30,232 nt of DNA, taken from a virus. Its lineage: Duplodnaviria; Caudoviricetes. The stretch lies in IMG/VR virus record IMGVR_UViG_3300017754_000491, positions 1 through 30,232 of that record; one strand, written 5' to 3'. Position 1 is the first letter of the stretch. Each line of letters opens with the position of its first letter. Below the pieces are notes generated by a model. It saw only the letters and a program-made list of their open reading frames with translations. It was not told the DNA's origin and did not search any database. Made by a program: the position numbers and the translations under genes. Shown one piece after another: positions 17,706 through 24,885 of the stretch.

Positions 17706-18644
17706 TTAGTAGCCTGTGAATCCGCCGCCACCAAACATTGATCCATTGCTGGGGTTGGTATTGAAAGCAGAGCCTTCTAATTCATCATAGTCACTGGTCA
17801 ATGGATTTGGATTGCCAAAATTGCCTGGTTGTTGTCCTGCTGGACCATATGGATCCATATATGGCGCTGTCATATTCATTGAATCTGGTTGTGCTGGACT
17901 AGGTTGTCCAGTAAATGGATTGATCCAAGGATCGCCACCGACTTGATAACCGTTGCCACCAAACTGTCCACCCATATATGGCAGCGTTGGTTCTCCCATT
18001 GGAGATTGTCCTGGAATACCGAATGCAGTTGTCAACGGCCCAGGAGGATCACGACCAATACTGACAGGGTTATTCATACCACCTATAAACGGATCAGGTT
18101 GTCCTGTGCTATAATCCATAATTTTACCATACTGTTGTTCATATTGTGATTTCAATCCGCCTGGTCCAAATAAAGTAGCATTAGGATTTTGTTGCATACC
18201 TTGATTAAAGAATTGACCAAAGTCCATTCCAGTTGAATTTTGTTGCATTCCTGGTTGTCCAGGATTAGGCTCGGGATTGAAAGGCTGTGGTGGAGGTGTT
18301 GTTGGCTGTGTCGCACCTAACATTGGTTTTCTCATTTGTGCGCCTGGTGGTAAATCTGGTCTAGGTTGAGGAGACATAGCCTGCTGTAACAAATTAGGTT
18401 GTTGTGCCAAAGGATTAATCTTTGGCTGTGCAGGTTTAGAATAATTCTTAAATGGCTGATTTGCTTGACGCTGTGCCAATGTAGTTGTATTTGGTCTTGC
18501 AGGTGCAACTGGTTTAGGCACAGGCATCTTAGGTGCTAACTTGGCTGCAGGCTTTGGCGCTGGCCTTGTTGGACTGACCTTACCTTGACGATTGACAATA
18601 CTTCCAATATTGCCCAGCCCTTTGCTTCTTGGAGTTATTGCCAT
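17706..18644 (-). CDS. Low-complexity Pro/Gln/Gly-rich disordered protein (312 aa)
   Basis: TAAGGA SD. Basic N-terminus, PQ-rich middle and G/P/M/F-rich acidic C-terminus. Confidence 0.7.
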   Translation of the reverse strand: MAITPRSKGLGNIGSIVNRQGKVSPTRPAPKPAAKLAPKMPVPKPVAPARPNTTTLAQRQANQPFKNYSKPAQPKINPLAQQPNLLQQAMSPQPRPDLPPGAQMRKPMLGATQPTTPPPQPFNPEPNPGQPGMQQNSTGMDFGQFFNQGMQQNPNATLFGPGGLKSQYEQQYGKIMDYSTGQPDPFIGGMNNPVSIGRDPPGPLTTAFGIPGQSPMGEPTLPYMGGQFGGNGYQVGGDPWINPFTGQPSPAQPDSMNMTAPYMDPYGPAGQQPGNFGNPNPLTSDYDELEGSAFNTNPSNGSMFGGGGFTGY

Positions 18645-18653
18645 CGTTGTTCC

Positions 18654-18965
18654 TTATTTCTTTGGTGATTTGTATTTTGCGGGTAACTTGCTGCCGTTAG
18701 CAGTTGAATTAGCCTTAGGTCCTGTATTAGTATTACTACTAACACTTTCTAATGCTGGATTAGTTACACCTGCTTGACCGCGTCCACGCATTTCAAGTGC
18801 GTCTGTGACCATTTTAGCCAATACACTTTTCTCACCTGAACTTGCTGTCTTTTCTGCTACATAAGTTTCACGCTTGCTCATAGTGCCTGCGTTGCCAGTT
18901 GTAGGACCACGCTTTTGGTTTATGGCTTTGTTACCCATTGGGTTTGTTGATTTCATATTATGCAT
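18654..18965 (-). CDS. Small basic disordered protein with an RGPTxGN motif (103 aa)
   Basis: AAAGGA SD and the motif NQKRGPTTGN. Confidence 0.7.
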   Translation of the reverse strand: MHNMKSTNPMGNKAINQKRGPTTGNAGTMSKRETYVAEKTASSGEKSVLAKMVTDALEMRGRGQAGVTNPALESVSSNTNTGPKANSTANGSKLPAKYKSPKK

Positions 18966-18977
18966 TTTATTTTCCTT

Positions 18978-19346
18978 TTATCCTGCTAGAACCACTGGTG
19001 TAACAAACACAGGGCTTGATGCGGCTGCTATTGCGGCAACATAAATTGTTGCTGGAGTATCGCTGGGGTTTTCAACTTGAACAATAACTTCAGCATAGGC
19101 TGGAATTGGGCAACTGCCTGCCAGCACGCCGTCACCTGTTGGGATAACTGCTGTTTGTGTTGTTAGGCCTGTAGAGAAGAAAACATTCTCACTAGCACTA
19201 CCATTGGTAATTTTTAAGTAGAATGGACCACCTTTACCACTGAAACTAAAACCTGCTTCTGTGGTCGTGATGTTGATTTCACTGCTGGTGCTAGTGGCAG
19301 TTAATTTGTGTGTTAGTCCTGTGACTTGATATGCTTGAACTGTCAT
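18978..19346 (-). CDS. Small beta-rich probable virion protein (122 aa)
   Basis: Thr/Ala/Val-rich with a KITNG...VFF..G...IP...VFVTP pattern. Coupled to the upstream gene by TAATG. Confidence 0.6.
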   Translation of the reverse strand: MTVQAYQVTGLTHKLTATSTSSEINITTTEAGFSFSGKGGPFYLKITNGSASENVFFSTGLTTQTAVIPTGDGVLAGSCPIPAYAEVIVQVENPSDTPATIYVAAIAAASSPVFVTPVVLAG

Positions 19347-19678
19347 TATCGTTGATTCCCTTTAGTTGGACCGCGACCGTAGTCAAAACTCGTTTTGCCA
19401 GTTTTTGGCATTTCTTTAGTTCCACCTGGTGTGCGAACTTGTGGGCCACGGTTGATGTTGTCACGGATGCTACCTTGTGCTGGTAATGCAGGAACACGAG
19501 CGGCATCTGGATATGTGCTGTCGTCATCACTTTGATTACCAACTGTGGGACCACGACCTTTGTTGATCAATGCGTCGCTGTTGGTTTTCATATGTTGATT
19601 ACCGCTATACTTGCCTGTGCCGCGGCTGAAACCAGGTGCAGTTGCACCAGTTGCTGGATTTACTTTTTCAAACTTCAT
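19346..19678 (-). CDS. Small basic disordered protein with repeated RGP(T.GN) motifs (110 aa)
   Basis: AAAGGA SD; motifs GRGPTVGNQ, NRGPQV and GRGPTKGNQ. Confidence 0.75.
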   Translation of the reverse strand: MKFEKVNPATGATAPGFSRGTGKYSGNQHMKTNSDALINKGRGPTVGNQSDDDSTYPDAARVPALPAQGSIRDNINRGPQVRTPGGTKEMPKTGKTSFDYGRGPTKGNQR

Positions 19679-19717
19679 TTTGATTTTCCTTTGTTTAGCC
19701 TCTTAACGGCATAGTAT

Positions 19718-19723
19718 TATTTA
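19718..19723 (-). promoter_or_regulatory. TAAATA box upstream of the basic protein cluster
   Basis: gcaTAAATAata in an intergenic gap. Confidence 0.6.
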
Positions 19724-19731
19724 TGCTGATT

Positions 19732-20142
19732 TTATTCAGCATCATCCTCTTCTGGATTGATCTGTTGATTAATACCAGTTAACTTACTCAATGCTTCTGC
19801 AAATGCTAGTTGTTTAGTAGCCACTGCTTCTGCACTGTCTGTGACTTCAATCTTGGCCAATGTATTCATAACTTTATTCAATATTAAGGTATGATACTTG
19901 AGCGTAGTTACTTTATCACCTTCATTTCGTGCTGACAAGAAGTCTTCTACTAATAATTCTTCATAATCTCTGCCGCCTGTTTGAACATCTAATGCGTCTA
20001 ATAAACTTTTGATACTGACCTGATCTCTGCTACCCTTTTTGCGGCCTGCACCAGCACGATAGCCACCACGCTGTCCTTTGTAGGGACTTTGTTCAGTGCC
20101 TAACAGTTCTTTTTCCTGTTCTAATATTTCTGTTCTATTCAT
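19732..20142 (-). CDS. Probable terminase small subunit (136 aa)
   Basis: N-terminal RGGYRAGAGRKKGS motif typical of many TerS proteins, a helical body and a KIEVT strand near the C-terminus. Confidence 0.55.
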   Translation of the reverse strand: MNRTEILEQEKELLGTEQSPYKGQRGGYRAGAGRKKGSRDQVSIKSLLDALDVQTGGRDYEELLVEDFLSARNEGDKVTTLKYHTLILNKVMNTLAKIEVTDSAEAVATKQLAFAEALSKLTGINQQINPEEDDAE

Positions 20143-20158
20143 AATGTTGTTTTGGAGT

Positions 20159-20590
20159 TTACTCCAGAGTTGATCTAATCATCCAAATGTGTTTGGCGAT
20201 TGCTAATACACGATCCTGTGCATAGTTGGCAATTTCTTCGTGACCTTCTTCAGTGGCCACTGTCATAAGTTCTTCATAACAGCCTTTTAGTATTTCTAAG
20301 TCATCAAATACCGCAGATAACAATTCAATGCTGTCACCTTCAATGGCTGTGTTTGGTATTTCACTGTCTAGAATAACATCATTGATATCTGCAGGCACTA
20401 GTTCTTGTAGTGTTCTAATTAGTTCACCAATAACATCAATTTGATTTTGTAAATCTTCGTAGGTCTTTTGCAGTAACTTGTGGTCACTGGCAAAATTACG
20501 CCCTGTAATGTTTAGGTGTGCTATGTGACTTCTAAAGTAAGCCACGAAGTTGTCATTAAAGACTTTTGTTAGTTGTTCTACTGTTGTCAT
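20159..20590 (-). CDS. dps: Dps-family ferritin-like protein (143 aa)
   Basis: H25-H37-D52-E56 match the spacing of the Dps ferroxidase ligands (H.NI.G..F...H...Y...D..GE.IR), with C-terminal KHIWMIRS. Confidence 0.85.
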   Translation of the reverse strand: MTTVEQLTKVFNDNFVAYFRSHIAHLNITGRNFASDHKLLQKTYEDLQNQIDVIGELIRTLQELVPADINDVILDSEIPNTAIEGDSIELLSAVFDDLEILKGCYEELMTVATEEGHEEIANYAQDRVLAIAKHIWMIRSTLE

Positions 20591-20591
20591 A

Positions 20592-21323
20592 TTATCTCGT
20601 TATTGTTGGTGGCATTCTACGACGGCGTTCTAACTCCGCTTGTTCATTTGAATTCAATTCTCCTGAATACAATGCACTGCCAGCAATGTTGGCACCGCGT
20701 AATAATGGAGCGGCTTTAGATAATGCTTGTCCAGCCATTTCACCTGCTTGTCCCATTACTGGTATAATTCTTTGTGCTGCCAGTTGTCTTACTTTATCTG
20801 CCATTGACTGTCTAGCAGTTTGTTGAACAGTCTGTTGTGCCACTGCTGGTGCGCTTGCTGGCGCTGCCTGTGGAACAACTGGTCCTGACACTGGTGCTTG
20901 ATAAGGTTGTGTGGGCATTGCTGTGCCTGGACCAAAATTAGCAGGACCTGGACGAGCCATCTGTGGATTCATCTTCATTGCGGCTCGTTGAGCAATACCT
21001 TGTTCACTGGCCATCTTAGCATCAGCAAGTGCCTTGGCTGCTTGAGCACTGGCATTCCACGCACCATATAGTTTACTACCACCAACGGCTGCGGCTGCGG
21101 CGCCAGCGGCTGGTAATACATAAGGTGCCGCTGCCAATCCTGCAGTGGTTGCCACTGAGGCTGCACTTGTTCCAGGCTCTTGAATAACTGTTGTAGGAGC
21201 AGGTAAGTCATCAATGCTTATTGTAGTAGGTTCTTTTTTCTGTCCACTCTGTTGTTGAAGATAAGCATCTATCTCCTCATCTGTATAACCTTCTGCCTTG
21301 GCTGCTTCACGATTAAATGCCAT
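20592..21323 (-). CDS. Probable internal virion / ejection protein (243 aa)
   Basis: AK.EGYTDEEI..YL N-terminal motif, Ala/Gly hydrophobic segment and disordered linker. Last gene of the ejection block. Confidence 0.55.
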   Translation of the reverse strand: MAFNREAAKAEGYTDEEIDAYLQQQSGQKKEPTTISIDDLPAPTTVIQEPGTSAASVATTAGLAAAPYVLPAAGAAAAAVGGSKLYGAWNASAQAAKALADAKMASEQGIAQRAAMKMNPQMARPGPANFGPGTAMPTQPYQAPVSGPVVPQAAPASAPAVAQQTVQQTARQSMADKVRQLAAQRIIPVMGQAGEMAGQALSKAAPLLRGANIAGSALYSGELNSNEQAELERRRRMPPTITR

Positions 21324-21332
21324 TTTTATTCC

Positions 21333-23885
21333 TTAATTATTAAAACTGCCTAATGGCTTACGGCCTGCTTTCTTAGCAAACGCTTCTGCTTGTGGAGTTA
21401 CATAATTCCAACTGCGTGTTTCACTGTTCCATTCAGGCACTGGTAACAATTTGAAAGCATCAACAACAGCACCTGGGTTAGTGGCCTTACCATTCTTGTC
21501 TATAGGATTGTATTTGGCAATGTAAGCGGCACGAGCCGCATAAATGTTGTCATACTCTTTGTCCAATCTAGACTTTTCAGCATTCCAAGCAGTGTTGAAC
21601 TCTGTGGTTGATTGAATCTGTGGATTCTTTGCTCTAAAGTCTGCACGAGCCTGTGCTTGATCTTTCATAAACTGGTCTTTAGTCAACAAACTCAAGCCTG
21701 AATACAATGGCTGGCGTGTGATATCCACATTGGCATCTCTGTTGGCTTTCTGTTCTGCATCACTGACAGCACCTGGACCAGCATTTGCTCTCAATGTCAA
21801 CGGAGCAATTTGATTGTTCAAACCAATCTGGCGATACAATACTGCTTTTTGTCTATCATTTAAGTTTAATGCCGCAACACGAGTTGATAGGTCTGCTTGA
21901 TCTTTGAACTGTCCTGTAATTAAGTCACGCAAGATGTTGCCAACTTCACCGCCACTGCTGCCTTGTAGCAAACTGGCAATTTCAGGATTGTTTAGAATAC
22001 CATCTGGACCTTGAATCTGTTCCTTACGAACACGACTGATAGTTTGACTTGATTCTGCTTTTGGTATTAGTTCTTCATTTTCAAACTTAACTAATGCGGC
22101 ACTTTGTGCTTCATTTACTTTACCCTGTCTTTGAACTGCTGCCGGAGTCATTGCTGGCTGTGCGGCTGCTGGAGCACCTGGTTGTCCTGCTGGAGCACCT
22201 GCCTGTGGTTTCATTAACAACTGTCCACTAGTTTGATCTACTACCAATGGCAGTCCTTGTGGATCACGACCAGCAATAGCGTAGTTAGTGCCATTCATAG
22301 CATTAAACTCTGCCAATGTAGCGGCACCTTTGCTTGCGGCAGCAATAGCAGGCTCATAAGCAAGACTAATCTTCTTAGCGGCTTCTGCTTTGGCAGCGGC
22401 TGTGCCAATACTTTGAACTTCAAGATCCTTAGGATTACCTTTGAATGGTTGTCCGCCTTGAATGTTAATTAGTGCTGACTTACCACTGCTGTCAACACCA
22501 CTGCGATAACGCTGACCTGTTTTATTATCAACATAAACTTCGGCACTAACACTGGCGCCTTTGCCTAGAGCACCAACAGCAGATGAATTATATACGGCAA
22601 TCTCTTTGGCTGTCAATGGCTGTCCTGTAACAGCACTGATACCATCAATGGCTTTACCATTGTCAGCAACTTTGACAATAACCGGTTGTCCATCAATAGT
22701 GTCTGCTTTATCAATACCAATACCTAACTTGTATTTTTCTTCATTGGCTAAATCTTTTAATCCAAAGGCAGCAAACAGCATACCTTTTAGTCTACTGCCT
22801 TCGCCTCTGCGTTCACGCAATAGTCTAGCAATTTTGTTTTCATCTAATTCAGCAATTTCTTTTTGTGCCTTGGCTTCTTGACGCTGTTCAATGATTAAAT
22901 CTGCGGCACGGTTACGGCTGCGATCTTTTAACCAATCAGGAACTGTGCTGTCTTTACTTAGATTAAGCAATGCTGAAGGATCATCTTGCACTTCTTGATA
23001 GTTAGTTAGATTGCGATCCAAGTCTGCCTGACTTTGACTGAACACTGGAGTGCCAAACTCATCAAAACTGTTTGGTGTTGGTGTTGTTTGTTGTGAATTT
23101 GCCAACTGTCTTAGTTGTTGACTTAATGTGTTTGCTTGTTGATCTGCTTGTTCAGGACTTACTGGTCCCATTTGAGGTTGTTGTGCTTGTGCCTGTGCCT
23201 GTGGTTGAGCGGCAGCACCTGAACTAGCACTTGGCGCACCTGCAAAGCGACCTTGTGCAATTTGTTTTAATCTTTCAGCACCGCCATTGGCAGCCGCAGC
23301 CTGTTCACTGACCTGTCCTGTTTTTAAGAACTTGGCAGCACCATCAGGACCTAACAAATGACTAAGTTGTAATGCGCCTGGTGTAGCATCAATGCCTAAC
23401 TGTGTAAGTCTGGCTTGATTGCGTCCTACTAGTGTATTATATCCACGGTCGTGTTCTTCTTGTGTCCATTCAGTAATAGGTTTGGCTAGTGTAGGATCTT
23501 GTTTGGCAATGTCTTTGTAAGCGGCTTCTGTGATACCATATGGACCAAATGCTGAACTTTGTCTCCGACCCTGTGCATCTGGTTGAAAGTGATAACCAAT
23601 ATCTCTGCGTCCGCCACTTTCTTGTTGTCTAGTGTAAGCGGCTTGATCTGCGCTTACTGGAGCGGCAACTGGTGCCACAGCCTGTTTATATTCTGCCTGT
23701 TGTCTTTGTAGTTCAGGAGGTATTTCTTGCTTGGTAACAACTTCTTGAGTGCCATCACCGTAAGTTTTGATTTCCTGTGTTTGAACAGCCGTATCAGCAA
23801 GTTCCTGCTGTTCTCTGGCTCTTCGTTCTTCTTCAGTTTCATATTCGCCAATCACATTGCCGAACTCATCATATTGGTATGCCAT
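21333..23885 (-). CDS. Internal virion / ejection protein with an N-terminal lytic transglycosylase-like domain (850 aa)
   Basis: QESGG...SSAFGPYGIT...LSHLLGPDGAAKFL matches the lysozyme-like ES / SSA.G.Y / H..G..GA pattern. The remainder is Ala/Gln-rich and helical. Confidence 0.7.
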   Translation of the reverse strand: MAYQYDEFGNVIGEYETEEERRAREQQELADTAVQTQEIKTYGDGTQEVVTKQEIPPELQRQQAEYKQAVAPVAAPVSADQAAYTRQQESGGRRDIGYHFQPDAQGRRQSSAFGPYGITEAAYKDIAKQDPTLAKPITEWTQEEHDRGYNTLVGRNQARLTQLGIDATPGALQLSHLLGPDGAAKFLKTGQVSEQAAAANGGAERLKQIAQGRFAGAPSASSGAAAQPQAQAQAQQPQMGPVSPEQADQQANTLSQQLRQLANSQQTTPTPNSFDEFGTPVFSQSQADLDRNLTNYQEVQDDPSALLNLSKDSTVPDWLKDRSRNRAADLIIEQRQEAKAQKEIAELDENKIARLLRERRGEGSRLKGMLFAAFGLKDLANEEKYKLGIGIDKADTIDGQPVIVKVADNGKAIDGISAVTGQPLTAKEIAVYNSSAVGALGKGASVSAEVYVDNKTGQRYRSGVDSSGKSALINIQGGQPFKGNPKDLEVQSIGTAAAKAEAAKKISLAYEPAIAAASKGAATLAEFNAMNGTNYAIAGRDPQGLPLVVDQTSGQLLMKPQAGAPAGQPGAPAAAQPAMTPAAVQRQGKVNEAQSAALVKFENEELIPKAESSQTISRVRKEQIQGPDGILNNPEIASLLQGSSGGEVGNILRDLITGQFKDQADLSTRVAALNLNDRQKAVLYRQIGLNNQIAPLTLRANAGPGAVSDAEQKANRDANVDITRQPLYSGLSLLTKDQFMKDQAQARADFRAKNPQIQSTTEFNTAWNAEKSRLDKEYDNIYAARAAYIAKYNPIDKNGKATNPGAVVDAFKLLPVPEWNSETRSWNYVTPQAEAFAKKAGRKPLGSFNN

Positions 23886-23895
23886 CTATTATTCC

Positions 23896-24855
23896 TTAAA
23901 TTAACTCAGGCAACTTAGTATAATCTACTTGATAGTATCCTGAACTATGAACACGAACAGCATCAGCATATTTTGTGTTTAATAAATCTTGTGCCATTGC
24001 GCCTCGTTGTGGAGTCTTGTCCCATACATAGTTATATGTATAGACCTTAATTCCATCTACTGTATCACAGTGAGTAATATTTTCTTTTAATCTTGAATCA
24101 CTAAAGATGAATGGTAAAGTAGATCCAATAATGCTAGACCAGTCTGCACCAGTTTGTGTAGAACTACCTTGAGCACCTGGGTATGGTGGAGTATAGAAAC
24201 TTGCTGGAACTGTTTGTTGTTTCAATCCTAGATATTTTCCAAAGCGATCCGTTGGAGCGTATGCTGCCGCCTGTTTGGCCTGTGCCGCTGCCAATGCGCG
24301 ATCCATACCGCCATAACCAATTTGAGCAAGTTGATTACCAACAGTGGCTCTTCTATTGGCCACATCTGATTGAACCTGTGCGGCAGTGTTAGCCATCAAA
24401 CTTTGATTCTGTGCTGCCAATTTACGATCCGCTAGTGCTTGTCGTGCTGAACCTAAATTACCACTACCACCAAAATTCATTCTTTGATTAGTAATGTTTT
24501 GTTGATACTGTGCCTGTGCCGGAGCAAGTGCTCGCATAACTTGATTGGCTTCATATCCTGGATCAAATAAACTTTGTAGGCCTGTTACACCTGTGCGTAA
24601 TGCTGACTCGCCTACACCACCTGTTGTTTCTTGAACCTGTCCTGCTATACCAGCAACATTTTGTTCTGCTTTAAGTTCACCTGGACGATTGTAATCATAC
24701 ATAGTATCAAGTTGTCCCATACCTTTTTCAAAGTATGGCATAGCCCTGTTAGTTCTAAACTTTTGGCTGGCTTCCATATCAGCAAGTTGACTTGCTGGAA
24801 TATCAACTGTTTTTGTGGTAGTTGGTCCACCGAATAGATCATCAAAAAAACTCAT
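23896..24855 (-). CDS. Ejection/pilot-like protein with a C-terminal peptidase S74 (intramolecular chaperone) domain (319 aa)
   Basis: FSDSRLKENI...VY.YNY...GAMAQD...GYYQVDY, preceded by a Gln/Ala/Gly-rich helical region with GNLGSARQA. Confidence 0.75.
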   Translation of the reverse strand: MSFFDDLFGGPTTTKTVDIPASQLADMEASQKFRTNRAMPYFEKGMGQLDTMYDYNRPGELKAEQNVAGIAGQVQETTGGVGESALRTGVTGLQSLFDPGYEANQVMRALAPAQAQYQQNITNQRMNFGGSGNLGSARQALADRKLAAQNQSLMANTAAQVQSDVANRRATVGNQLAQIGYGGMDRALAAAQAKQAAAYAPTDRFGKYLGLKQQTVPASFYTPPYPGAQGSSTQTGADWSSIIGSTLPFIFSDSRLKENITHCDTVDGIKVYTYNYVWDKTPQRGAMAQDLLNTKYADAVRVHSSGYYQVDYTKLPELI

Positions 24856-24874
24856 ATGTTTTCCTCGTTTGTAT

Positions 24875-24880
24875 TATTTA
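24875..24880 (-). promoter_or_regulatory. TAAATA box upstream of the ejection genes
   Basis: tgcTAAATAata within a 30-nt intergenic gap. Confidence 0.6.
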
Positions 24881-24885
24881 GCATT

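Noticed and set aside
14548-17746. Longer starts given by the track for 14326..14628, 16171..16488 and 17534..17746
   Set aside because: The extensions overlap upstream genes; internal ATGs give better SD or coupling.
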